A stretch of 64,000 bases of DNA from Agathobacter sp. GTDB taxonomy: Bacteria; Bacillota; Clostridia; Lachnospirales; Lachnospiraceae. Shown one piece after another: positions 47,321-56,805 of this stretch. The stretch's first letter is position 1. Each line of letters opens with the position of its first letter. The DNA is taken from the NCBI GenBank assembly GCA_036309425.1, contig JAXJTU010000097.1, forward strand, positions 124-64,123, in the 5' to 3' direction. The position numbers and the translations under genes are program-made. Under the pieces are notes generated by a model that worked only from the letters and a program-made list of their open reading frames with translations, did not search any database and had not been told where the DNA came from.

Positions 47321-49372
47321 ATGAAAAAGAGAATAAAATTCAAGGGAAAGCTAAAAAGCTACATGTTGTGGCCATTATATCTTTCAATAGTCTGGCTGTG
47401 TATTGACATTCCACTTGTATTGTATGATACCAAAAGCGGAGTAGTATTATTAGCGTTCACGTTTTTATACTTTATACTGGTTATGCTGCTATTCTGGCGA
47501 AGCAGAAAGGTCATTGCAAATGAAGTAATAAATTTTGCGACCCAGTATTCATCGGTCCAGAAAAAACTTCTTAATGAATTTGAGATTCCATATATTTTGC
47601 TTGATAATTCGGCAAAAATACTCTGGATGAATGAGGCTTCCTGTGAGCTGTCTGGATTAGACAAAAAATACAGAAAATCAGTTACTACAATTTTCCCGAC
47701 AATCACAAGGGAATTTCTGTCAAAAACACAGGATAGCGAAAGTATAACTATTGAGCGTGATGAAAGAGTATACAGGATTGCATTCAGAAGAATTTACTTC
47801 CAGTCAATTGCCCAGGAAAGTGAAATTCTAGAATACAACAGTGAAGAAGATTTCCTTACTGCAATGTATATTTTTGATGAGACACAACTTAATAATTACA
47901 AAAACGAAATTCAAAGACAGAAGCTTGTTTCATCACTAGTATATATCGATAATTACGACGAGGCTCTTGACTCAATTGAGGATGTAAAACGATCACTTCT
48001 GGTGGCACTTATAGACAGAAGAGTAAATCAGTATTTCTCGAAAGTTGATGGACTTGTCCGCAAAATTGAGAAAGATAAATATTTTGTCGTATTTAAATAC
48101 CAGTATCTTGAGACTCTCAAAGAAGACAAATTCAAGCTTCTTGAAGAAGTAAAGTCCATCAAGGTTGGTAACGAGATGGCGGTAACACTTAGTGTAGGTA
48201 TCGGAATAAATGATAATAATTATAATGAAAACTATGAATTTGCCAGAGCATCAATTGACCTTGCCCTTGGACGAGGCGGAGATCAGGTTGTAATTAAAGA
48301 AGGCGAAGAGATTACATACTATGGTGGTAAAGCTAAGCAGGTTGAGAATAAGAACCGAGTAAAGGCAAGAGTTAAAGCCCAGGCACTTCAGGAGATAATA
48401 GAAAGCTGTGAAAACGTTCTTATCATGGGACACAGCATTTCAGATATCGATGCACTTGGTGCCGGTATAGGAATTTATTGTGCTGCTACATTATCAGGAA
48501 AGAAAGCACAGATTGTAATAAATGACCCGACAAGCTCAATTCGCCCACTCATGGAGAAGTTTTCAACAGAAAAAGGTTATCCGGAAGATATGTTTATAGA
48601 CAGTGAGGCTGCAATAGAGATGGTTAACCGTAACACACTTGTAATGGTTGTTGATACAAACAGACCAAGCTATACGGAGTGCCCACAGCTTCTTGATAAG
48701 ACAGACTATATCGTGGTATTTGACCATCACAGACAAAACAGTGAGGTTATAGAGAATCCTGTTCTTTCATATATCGAGCCATATTCATCAAGTGCATGTG
48801 AGATGGTCGCAGAAGTATTGCAGTACTACAGGGATGGCGTTAAGCTTAATTCCACAGAAGCTGACTGTATTTATGCAGGAATTCTCATTGATACAAACAA
48901 CTTCATGACAAAGACAGGTGTGCGAACTTTTGAAGCAGCTGCATACCTTAAGAGGTCAGGTGCCGAGGTTACACGAGTAAGAAAGCTGCTTCGTAATGAC
49001 ATGTCATGCTACAAGGCAAGAGCTGAAGCGGTACGACATGCGGAAGTTTACAGAGGTGCATTTGCCATTTCAGTCTGTCCTAGTGAGAATGTTGAAAGCC
49101 CAACAATTGTAGGAGCACAGGCGGCAAATGAATTGTTAAATATTATAGGAATAAAAGCATCGTTTGTACTTACAGAGTACAACGGTAAGATTTATATCAG
49201 CTCCCGTTCTATTGATGAGATAAATGTACAGCTTATCATGGAAAAACTAGGGGGAGGAGGTCATCTGAATGTTGCAGGTGCCCAGCTTAGTGATTGTACA
49301 ATTCTTAAAGCTAAGCACATGATTCAGGATACGATCGACGAAATGCTTAAAGAAGGAGACATAGAACAATGA
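47321..49372 (+). CDS. gdpP: Cyclic-di-AMP phosphodiesterase (PAS-GGDEF-DHH/DHHA1)
   Basis: IDNYDE, ALGRGGDQ, DIDALG, FDHHR, GGGGH; upstream of rplI. Confidence 0.92.
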   Translation: MKKRIKFKGKLKSYMLWPLYLSIVWLCIDIPLVLYDTKSGVVLLAFTFLYFILVMLLFWRSRKVIANEVINFATQYSSVQKKLLNEFEIPYILLDNSAKILWMNEASCELSGLDKKYRKSVTTIFPTITREFLSKTQDSESITIERDERVYRIAFRRIYFQSIAQESEILEYNSEEDFLTAMYIFDETQLNNYKNEIQRQKLVSSLVYIDNYDEALDSIEDVKRSLLVALIDRRVNQYFSKVDGLVRKIEKDKYFVVFKYQYLETLKEDKFKLLEEVKSIKVGNEMAVTLSVGIGINDNNYNENYEFARASIDLALGRGGDQVVIKEGEEITYYGGKAKQVENKNRVKARVKAQALQEIIESCENVLIMGHSISDIDALGAGIGIYCAATLSGKKAQIVINDPTSSIRPLMEKFSTEKGYPEDMFIDSEAAIEMVNRNTLVMVVDTNRPSYTECPQLLDKTDYIVVFDHHRQNSEVIENPVLSYIEPYSSSACEMVAEVLQYYRDGVKLNSTEADCIYAGILIDTNNFMTKTGVRTFEAAAYLKRSGAEVTRVRKLLRNDMSCYKARAEAVRHAEVYRGAFAISVCPSENVESPTIVGAQAANELLNIIGIKASFVLTEYNGKIYISSRSIDEINVQLIMEKLGGGGHLNVAGAQLSDCTILKAKHMIQDTIDEMLKEGDIEQ

Positions 49373-49815
49373 AAGTAATTTTATTAGAAGATGTTAAGAC
49401 ACTGGGAAAAAAGGGTTCCGTAGTAGAGGTAAGTGACGGATATGCAAGAAATGCCATCCTTCCAAAGAAATTAGGTGTAGAAGCAACTCCAAAGAACCTT
49501 AATGATTTAAAGCTTCAGAACCAGCATGCAGATAAGGTAGCGCAGGAAAATTATGAGAATGCATTAGAGCTTGCCAAGAAATTAGAAGAAGTAAAGGTTG
49601 TTGTCAGCCTCAAAAAAGGTGAGAATGGAAAACTTTTCGGTTCAGTATCATCAAAGGAAATTGCAGCAGCGCTCAAAGAACAGACAGGAATTGAGATTGA
49701 TAAGAAAAAGATGCATCTTGCAGAAGCATTAAAAAATCTTGGAACATATGATGTTGCAGTAAAGCTTCATCCAAAAGTAACAGCCAGGTTAAGCGTAAAG
49801 ATTTCAGAGGAATAA
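49369..49815 (+). CDS. rplI: 50S ribosomal protein L9
   Basis: MKVILLEDVKTLGKKG...GYARN, KLFGSV. Confidence 0.97.
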   Translation: MKVILLEDVKTLGKKGSVVEVSDGYARNAILPKKLGVEATPKNLNDLKLQNQHADKVAQENYENALELAKKLEEVKVVVSLKKGENGKLFGSVSSKEIAAALKEQTGIEIDKKKMHLAEALKNLGTYDVAVKLHPKVTARLSVKISEE

Positions 49816-49848
49816 GCATAAAATCTGAATGGATTAGGAGGAAATCAG

Positions 49849-51192
49849 TTGGACGAGACACTGATAAAGCGCATAATGCCAAACAGCCTTGAGGCTGAGC
49901 AGTCAGTTGTAGGTTCAATGATTATGGATAAGGATGCCATTGTTTCTGCGATGGAAATGCTAATAAAAGAAGATTTCTATCACAAGCAATATGGAATACT
50001 TTTTGAGTCCATGGTTGAACTATATAGTGCGGGACAGCCGGTAGATCTTGTAACCTTGCAGAACAAGTTGAAGGAGAAGGATGTTCCAAAGGAAGTATCA
50101 AGCCTTGAATTCGTAAGGGATTTGGTAACAGCAGTACCTACATCTGCAAATGTAAAATATTATGCCAACATTGTAAAGGAAAACGCCATAAAGCGTAAGC
50201 TTATTCATGTAACAGAAGATATTGAAAATGAATGTTACGCCGGTAAGGAATCCTTAGAAAGTATATTTGATAAAACAGAACATGATGTATTTGCATTGCT
50301 CTCAAGCAGGCAGACAGGCGATTACGTACCAATCAGACAGGTAGTAATGAACGCCCTTGAAAAGATTGAAAAAGCATCCCAGCAAAGTGGAACAGTAACA
50401 GGACTTGCTACAGGATTTACTGATTTGGATTACAGAACAGCAGGACTTCAGCCATCAGACTTAATCCTTGTAGCGGCAAGACCATCAATGGGAAAAACAG
50501 CCTTTGTCCTAAACATAGCACAGCATATGGCATTCCATCAGGGAAAAGCTGTAGCAATATTCTCGCTGGAAATGTCAAAGGAGCAGCTTGTTAACCGTAT
50601 GTTTTCACTTGAATCTAAGGTTGATGCGCAGGCTCTTAGAACAGGAAATATGTCAGATGCTGATTGGGAAAAGCTTGTAGAAGGAGCAGGAATCATCGGA
50701 GATTCCCGTCTAATCATCGATGATACTCCGGGAATCAGTATTTCAGAAATGCGAAGCAAATGCAGAAAATACAAGCTTGAGTTGGGATTGGATATAATTA
50801 TTATCGACTACCTGCAGCTTATGAGTGGTTCAGGAAGAGGCTCGGAATCACGTCAGCAGGAAATATCAGATATCTCAAGATCGCTCAAAGGACTTGCCAG
50901 AGAACTGAATGTGCCGGTAGTAGCACTTTCACAGTTATCCCGAGCAGTAGAGCAAAGACCAGATCACCGTCCTATGTTATCTGACCTTCGAGAGTCCGGA
51001 GCTATCGAGCAGGATGCCGATGTAGTAATGTTCATTTACCGAGATGATTATTACAACAAAGACACAGAACTTAAAGGAATTTCAGAAATTATCATAGCCA
51101 AGCAAAGAAACGGTCCAATTGGAACTGTAAATCTGGCATGGCTCCCTCAGTATACAAAGTTTGCAAATCTCGAACACGAGGGAAAAATGTAG
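49849..51192 (+). CDS. dnaB: Replicative DNA helicase
   Basis: AARPSMGKT, FSLEM, IDYLQLM, LSQLSR, DLRESGAIEQDAD, KQRNGP; TTG start. Confidence 0.97.
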   Translation: MDETLIKRIMPNSLEAEQSVVGSMIMDKDAIVSAMEMLIKEDFYHKQYGILFESMVELYSAGQPVDLVTLQNKLKEKDVPKEVSSLEFVRDLVTAVPTSANVKYYANIVKENAIKRKLIHVTEDIENECYAGKESLESIFDKTEHDVFALLSSRQTGDYVPIRQVVMNALEKIEKASQQSGTVTGLATGFTDLDYRTAGLQPSDLILVAARPSMGKTAFVLNIAQHMAFHQGKAVAIFSLEMSKEQLVNRMFSLESKVDAQALRTGNMSDADWEKLVEGAGIIGDSRLIIDDTPGISISEMRSKCRKYKLELGLDIIIIDYLQLMSGSGRGSESRQQEISDISRSLKGLARELNVPVVALSQLSRAVEQRPDHRPMLSDLRESGAIEQDADVVMFIYRDDYYNKDTELKGISEIIIAKQRNGPIGTVNLAWLPQYTKFANLEHEGKM

Positions 51193-51275
51193 AAAAAATG
51201 CGATTACTTTTATTTGAAGTGCGCACCCCATTACACTATACTAAGTTTATGGGGGGCGCACTTTTTTGTGGAATA

Positions 51276-51447
51276 TTGGCTGTGCTCTCAGCAGTGGTAT
51301 TACATATATACTTTCAGACGCGCTCTCGCTCAGAACACAACGTAGCGGTACTAAATTCGCAAGACGCCTGTGGCATCTCGCTCATTAAGTGCCGACGTTG
51401 TGTTAAGGTCTGCAAGTATATATGTAATACCACTGCTGAGAGCACAG
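51276..51447 (+). repeat. 168-bp palindromic element (E2)
   Basis: Perfect 34-bp arms 51280-51313 and 51414-51447, preceded by TTGG; core shared with E1. Confidence 0.93.
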
Positions 51448-51511
51448 GGAAGACATTCTACAAATTTACATGCGATTGTGCGACAAAATACTGACGCGTA
51501 GAGGGTGTGTT

Positions 51512-51563
51512 TGAAAATGTGCAGCTACAGAAAAGGAATCTGAAAATGCGCGGCTACAGAAAA
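51512..51563. repeat. Two 23-bp direct repeats, 29-bp period
   Basis: TGAAAATGTGCAGCTACAGAAAA and TGAAAATGCGCGGCTACAGAAAA. Confidence 0.85.
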
Positions 51564-51631
51564 TGTATCCGCATATACGAGCACACCCAATGTAAAAATA
51601 CACACCACTAGTATTTGACGTACCGTAGAGT

Positions 51632-51723
51632 TGTGCTTCCATGAAGGATACCAGGTATATGTGTTATGAGCGAGAGCGCGTCTGAACGAATATACCTGGT
51701 ATCCTTCATGGAAGCACAGCCAA
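51632..51723 (-). repeat. Short palindromic element (E3), opposite orientation to E2
   Basis: Perfect 29-bp arms 51632-51660 and 51690-51718; loop reads TTCAGACGCGCTCTCGCTC on the minus strand; TTGG foot on the minus strand. Confidence 0.93.
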
Positions 51724-51757
51724 CCCCACCCAAAAAAGTATAAAGGAGGAATGAAGT

Positions 51758-52447
51758 TTGGAAAAGTTGCGTTACATGATTTCAGATGCCGCAAGCATTG
51801 TGGATGTAGAGACTCATGTTTTACGTTACTGGGAAGAGGAACTCGAATTGGACATCCCTCGAAATGAGATGGGCCATCGATATTATACAAAAGAGAATAT
51901 AAATCAGTTTCAGAAAATCAAGGAGCTTAAGGCATTGGGTTATCAGCTTCGAACAATAAAAAGTCTTATTCATGAGACAGATAATTATGAATCAAATATT
52001 ACAGAGCCTTCAGCTCATAATTCAACGGTATTAAGCACCGAGAGAGCTTTAAATCCGGAGCGCCTGGGAAATCCACAGTGCCTGGGAAATCCACAGGGTG
52101 TCGAAAATCCGGAGCGACAGGTAGCCTTGGAAAAATCTGGAAATGTACATATAGAAAAAATGACTTCAGAGGATAGGATGAATCAGTTTAGAGAGCTTAT
52201 GAGCGATATAGTTGGACAAGCTATTGCATTAAACAATGAGGAACTGAGTATTACTATCGGAAACGAAGTTGGAGAGCGTGTTCTAAAAGAAATGAACTAT
52301 CTTATGAGAGAGCAGGAAAGTGCGCAGGAGGAGCGGTACAAAAAACTTGACGCTGCAATAAGAGGAAATGTCAGAAAGAAATCGGCCCTATTTGGAAAAA
52401 AGAAAAAGAGCGATAAAGCAGTAGCAAAAAAGCCGGCGCATGCATAA
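51758..52447 (+). CDS. MerR-type HTH protein with a C-terminal coiled coil
   Basis: YMISDAASIVDVETHVLRYWEEEL...RNEMGHRYY; TTG start after AAGGAGG. Confidence 0.85.
   Translation: MEKLRYMISDAASIVDVETHVLRYWEEELELDIPRNEMGHRYYTKENINQFQKIKELKALGYQLRTIKSLIHETDNYESNITEPSAHNSTVLSTERALNPERLGNPQCLGNPQGVENPERQVALEKSGNVHIEKMTSEDRMNQFRELMSDIVGQAIALNNEELSITIGNEVGERVLKEMNYLMREQESAQEERYKKLDAAIRGNVRKKSALFGKKKKSDKAVAKKPAHA
52051..52118 (+). repeat. In-frame 18-bp tandem repeat (~4 units)
   Basis: AAATCCGGAGCGCCTGGG / AAATCCACAGTGCCTGGG / AAATCCACAGGGTGTCGA / AAATCCGGAGCGAC, encoding NPERLG NPQCLG NPQGVE NPER. Confidence 0.85.
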
Positions 52448-52476
52448 AAAAAGACGACCACTTTGGGTCGTCTTTT
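52448..52476. terminator. Bidirectional terminator
   Basis: AAAAGACGACC-ACTTTG-GGTCGTCTTTT between convergent genes. Confidence 0.75.
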
Positions 52477-52502
52477 GGGTTATCCTTATCTTATGTAGAT
52501 AA

Positions 52503-52670
52503 TTACTGAGAAATTGCTCCAGTTGGGCAAACACCAGCACATGTTCCACAATCAAGACATGCATCAGCATCGATAACGTACTGTGAATCTCCAGCTGAGA
52601 TAGCACCTACTGGACACTCTCCAGCACATGTTCCACAGCTTACACATGAATCATTAATTACGTATGCCAT
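52503..52670 (-). CDS. 2[4Fe-4S] clostridial-type ferredoxin (55 aa; not in ORF track)
   Basis: MAYVINDSCVSCGTCAGECPVGAISAGDSQYVIDADACLDCGTCAGVCPTGAISQ: two CxxCxxCxxxCP motifs; RBS AAGGAGG. Confidence 0.96.
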   Translation of the reverse strand: MAYVINDSCVSCGTCAGECPVGAISAGDSQYVIDADACLDCGTCAGVCPTGAISQ

Positions 52671-52813
52671 AATGAAATCCTCCTTATAAAATAATGATCA
52701 TTATTAGCCGAAAAGGCCTAATCACATAATATTATAATACTGGCACATATTCAAGTGGAAAAATATATGTTCTTAATTTGGCACAATTATTAAATCGTGG
52801 TAAAATAGAGGAC

Positions 52814-53884
52814 ATGAAGACAGAAATAGTTAAAATAAATAAAAAGCAAATTGAAAAATATAGCAAAGAAATGCAGCATGCAGGAGACCTCATTAAAAAG
52901 GGTGAACTTGTAGCCTTTCCAACGGAGACAGTATATGGATTAGGAGGAGATGCATTAGCACCTGACGCAGCAAAGAAGATTTATGCAGCAAAAGGACGCC
53001 CTTCGGACAATCCACTTATAGTACATATTGCAGATATCGAAGATGTAAAGAAGGTTGCAAAAGAAATCCCGGAAGGTTTGCCAGAGCTTGCAGAAGCATT
53101 CTGGCCTGGCCCACTTACAATAATTGTTGAGAAATCAGAAGCTGTACCATATGCAACAACAGGAGGAATGGATACTGTAGCCATAAGAATGCCAAATGAT
53201 GAAATTGCACTCGACCTTATCAGAAAAAGTGGCTGCCTGATTGCGGCACCAAGTGCAAACACATCCGGTCGTCCAAGTCCGACAGAAGCCAGTCATGTTG
53301 CCGAAGATCTTTCTGGAAAAATTGCCATGATTTTGGATGGAGGTCCGGTTGGAATAGGAATTGAGTCAACAATAATTGACCTTACAGAAAAAACTCCAAT
53401 GGTTTTAAGACCAGGTTATATTACTCCTAAAATGCTTTCAGAAGTATTAAAAAAAGAGGTAATAATTGACCCCGGCATCATTGCAGCAGATGATACAACA
53501 AAGCCAAAAGCACCTGGAATGAAATACAAGCATTATGCCCCAAAAGCAGACATGATAATTGTAGACGGACCACAGCAGGATGTAATTGACAAAATAAACA
53601 TGCTTGTAAAAGAAAATAAAAGAACAAAAAATGTCAGGGTTGCCGTAATTGCAACAGAAGAAACGAAAGAATTATATAACGCTGACTATGTTCTTTCCAT
53701 GGGAAGCAGAGATAATGAGGACGACATCGCAGCTCATTTATACAAAATACTAAGAGATTGTGATGAGCTTGATGTAACAGCAATTTACTCAGAAAGTTTT
53801 GCAACTCCAAGAATAGGACAGGCCATAATGAACCGGATGTTAAAAGCCGCAGGCCATCAGGTAATACATACAGTTGAACAATAA
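52814..53884 (+). CDS. tsaC: Threonylcarbamoyl-AMP synthase (Sua5 type)
   Basis: PTETVYGLG, KGRPSDNPLIVH, APSANTSG, APGMKYKHYAP. Confidence 0.95.
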   Translation: MKTEIVKINKKQIEKYSKEMQHAGDLIKKGELVAFPTETVYGLGGDALAPDAAKKIYAAKGRPSDNPLIVHIADIEDVKKVAKEIPEGLPELAEAFWPGPLTIIVEKSEAVPYATTGGMDTVAIRMPNDEIALDLIRKSGCLIAAPSANTSGRPSPTEASHVAEDLSGKIAMILDGGPVGIGIESTIIDLTEKTPMVLRPGYITPKMLSEVLKKEVIIDPGIIAADDTTKPKAPGMKYKHYAPKADMIIVDGPQQDVIDKINMLVKENKRTKNVRVAVIATEETKELYNADYVLSMGSRDNEDDIAAHLYKILRDCDELDVTAIYSESFATPRIGQAIMNRMLKAAGHQVIHTVEQ

Positions 53885-53933
53885 AATAAAAACTGATAAA
53901 ATTAATTATACCTATTTCATGGGGGTGCAACGA

Positions 53934-54431
53934 ATGAATAAATTAGACAGAATAGTATTTGTTGCTAAAACCGGAACAAGCAGAGAACCTATGGCTATGG
54001 GAATACTTAAGGACATGGGACTTGATTATCCAGTAGAGATACTTGCAAGAGGACTTGTTGTACAGTTTCCAGAACCACTTAACCGCAAAGCAGAAGCAGT
54101 TCTTATAGGAAACGGAATTACACTTGAAGGATTTTCCTCGCAGCAGCTTGTAAGAGAAGATATTACAGAAAACACTTTGGTTTTAGCATTAGAGACTATT
54201 CATAGAGATAAAATTTTAGACCTTTTCCCTGATGTAGACGAGAATCAGGTATGGGTACTTGCCAAATTTGTAGGCGAGGAGCTTGAAGTATTAGATCCGT
54301 ATGGCGGAAATCTTTCAAATTATGGACTGTGCTATGAAAGTCTTAGAACATCAATAAAGAAATTAGTAAGTATACTTAATAATCAGGAGGAAGACGAAAG
54401 CGATGACAGCCAAGAGACAGGATTATATTAG
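53934..54431 (+). CDS. Low-molecular-weight PTP/YwlE-like protein with a degenerate P-loop
   Basis: VFVAKTGTSREPMA in place of FVCTGNTCRSPMA; DPYGG retained; follows sua5 as ywlE does. Confidence 0.75.
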   Translation: MNKLDRIVFVAKTGTSREPMAMGILKDMGLDYPVEILARGLVVQFPEPLNRKAEAVLIGNGITLEGFSSQQLVREDITENTLVLALETIHRDKILDLFPDVDENQVWVLAKFVGEELEVLDPYGGNLSNYGLCYESLRTSIKKLVSILNNQEEDESDDSQETGLY

Positions 54432-54882
54432 CTGGGACGAATATTTTATGGGAATTGCCATGCTTTCAGGAATGCGCTCTAAGGATCCAAATACACAGGT
54501 CGGAGCATGTATTGTAAGTCCTGAGCACAAAATAATGTCAGTAGGTTACAACGGTTTTCCTCTAGGCTGTTCAGACGATGAATTTACCTGGGAGAGAGAG
54601 GGAGAGGATAACAAATATTTTTACTCTACTCACAGCGAACTAAATGCCATATTAAATTACAGAGGTGGAAGCCTTGAAGGGGCAACACTTTATGTAACTC
54701 TTTTTCCATGTAATGAATGTGCCAAAGCAATCATTCAGTGTGGAATAAGCGAGGTTGTGTATGACTGCGATAAATATGAGCATACTATGAGTGTGGTTGC
54801 GTCGAAGAAGATGCTTAAGGCAGCCGGGGTCGTAGTGCGCCGTTATGAACATACAGGAAGAAAAGTAGAATTTGAATTATAG
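54403..54882 (+). CDS. dCMP deaminase family protein
   Basis: RSKDPNTQVGACIV, GYNG, HSELNAI, PCNECAK. Confidence 0.93.
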   Translation: MTAKRQDYISWDEYFMGIAMLSGMRSKDPNTQVGACIVSPEHKIMSVGYNGFPLGCSDDEFTWEREGEDNKYFYSTHSELNAILNYRGGSLEGATLYVTLFPCNECAKAIIQCGISEVVYDCDKYEHTMSVVASKKMLKAAGVVVRRYEHTGRKVEFEL

Positions 54883-54999
54883 GATAAAGGATAAAAGGAA
54901 AGGCGAGGCTTTTCCTTTTTTTGCATATATTTGTATATTGTGTTGAAAATTTCTCTTTATTATAGACAAAAATAGGTAAAATGATATAATAAAAATGAT

Positions 55000-55296
55000 A
55001 TGAAAAAAAATGAAAAGACAGAAGTAATCAATGCCTTAATAATGGTATTACAGTTTGGTATAAACATGATAGTTCCTATTATTTTGTGCACACTTGCAGG
55101 TGCCTGGATAGGGCAGAAAACTGGAATTACCTGGCTTGCAGTCCCACTATTTTTTGTCGGGTCATTAGCAGGAATAAACAATGTATACAGGATGGCACGA
55201 AAGCTTATAAAAGAAGCTGATAAGAACAGTGGCCATGGGGATATATACAAGGAAATTGAGAAGAAGAGAAAACAAACCGGAAAGGCAGATAAGTAA
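55000..55296 (+). CDS. AtpZ/AtpI-like small membrane protein
   Basis: QFGINMIVPI...GAWI; first gene of the atp operon. Confidence 0.75.
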   Translation: MKKNEKTEVINALIMVLQFGINMIVPIILCTLAGAWIGQKTGITWLAVPLFFVGSLAGINNVYRMARKLIKEADKNSGHGDIYKEIEKKRKQTGKADK

Positions 55297-55694
55297 TGCT
55301 TAGAAGAATAAACGAGGCTCTACCGGGACTGGTTTTTGGAATTATTTTTTATGGGATAATTATACAGTTTACCGGTGTGTGGTTTGTAGACGATAAAGTC
55401 AGATATACCATAGGTTTATGGTATGGGGTAGCCATTGCAGTGGGAATGGCAATTAACCTTGCAATGGTAATTTATGATTCCGTCACGATAGACGGTGGCA
55501 AGAATGCCAATCGCAGACTCATCATCAAGTCGGTGCTTCGGTACCTGGTGGTGGTGGCTCTGTTTATGATATTGGGCTATTTTAAATTTGGAAATTTGTT
55601 CACAGCACTCATTGGGGTATTGGGGCTTAAGATATCAGCTTATGCGCAACCACTCTTACAGAGAGTAGCAAAACAAATTGCTGGAAAGAAGTGA
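55296..55694 (+). CDS. atpI: ATP synthase subunit I-like membrane protein
   Basis: 4 TM helices, RY motif, GLK; precedes atpB. Confidence 0.65.
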   Translation: MLRRINEALPGLVFGIIFYGIIIQFTGVWFVDDKVRYTIGLWYGVAIAVGMAINLAMVIYDSVTIDGGKNANRRLIIKSVLRYLVVVALFMILGYFKFGNLFTALIGVLGLKISAYAQPLLQRVAKQIAGKK

Positions 55695-55742
55695 TGCATC
55701 TTTCAGCGGAGAAATAGTAGAATTTAATAAGGAGGTGATAAT

Positions 55743-56480
55743 GTGGATCAGGCAATTTTACTTGCAGGTAATGCAGACAATATTGATTTTATGATTCATG
55801 GCATTTTTTCCTTAAATGTCTTCGGGCAGGAGGTGTGGATTACAACATCTCATGCATGCATTTTAATAGTAATGGCTATAATGCTTATCTTTGCAGTCAT
55901 TGCCAACAAAAAGCTGAAAAAAGCGACTGAAGTGCCAGATGGCTTTCAGAATATAATAGAGCTTATTGTTGAAATGTTAGACAAGATGGTCGAAGGCACA
56001 ATGGGAAAATGGGCTCCGAAGTTTGTAAACTACATCAGTACAATTTTCATTTTTATACTGATTAGTAACATCTCTGGTCTGTTTGGACTCAGACCACCGA
56101 CAGCAGACTACGGAACAACACTTGCGCTTGCGTTAATTACATTCTGCATGATCAGATACAATAAAGCTAAGCATCACAGCGCAAAAGACATTTGGGTCGG
56201 CATGTGTTCACCACTGCCACCATGGCTTCCAATCTGGGCGCCAATCAATATTATCAGTGAGATAGCAGTACCGATTTCCTTGTCATTGCGTTTGTTCGCA
56301 AATGTACTTTCGGGAACTGTAATCATGGCATTGGTATATGGCTTACTTAGAATAATAGCCATAGGATGGCCGGCAGCGCTCCACGTTTACTTTGACTTGT
56401 TCTCAGGAGCGATTCAGACATACGTATTCTGTATGTTAACAATGACTTATGTTACACAGGCATGTGAAACAGAAGAATAA
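55743..56480 (+). CDS. atpB: F0 subunit a
   Basis: LRPPTAD, SLSLRLFAN, IQTYVFCML. Confidence 0.95.
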   Translation: MDQAILLAGNADNIDFMIHGIFSLNVFGQEVWITTSHACILIVMAIMLIFAVIANKKLKKATEVPDGFQNIIELIVEMLDKMVEGTMGKWAPKFVNYISTIFIFILISNISGLFGLRPPTADYGTTLALALITFCMIRYNKAKHHSAKDIWVGMCSPLPPWLPIWAPINIISEIAVPISLSLRLFANVLSGTVIMALVYGLLRIIAIGWPAALHVYFDLFSGAIQTYVFCMLTMTYVTQACETEE

Positions 56481-56495
56481 GATTTAATTTTTTGA

Positions 56496-56771
<276 letters not shown>

Positions 56772-56805
56772 TAAAGGAGAAAAGTTTGACGGAAAGGAGA
56801 GTTAA

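Noticed and set aside
51512..51563. Direct repeats as a mini-CRISPR array
   Set aside because: Only two units with a 6-bp gap, no spacer-length unique sequence and no cas genes.
51138..51890. ORFs 51138-51494 and 51525-51890 (and 39255-39458)
   Set aside because: They overlap the palindromic elements and real genes; no protein-family features.
52388..52606. 72-aa minus-strand ORF in the track
   Set aside because: Wrong frame; the real gene here is the 55-aa ferredoxin at 52503-52670.
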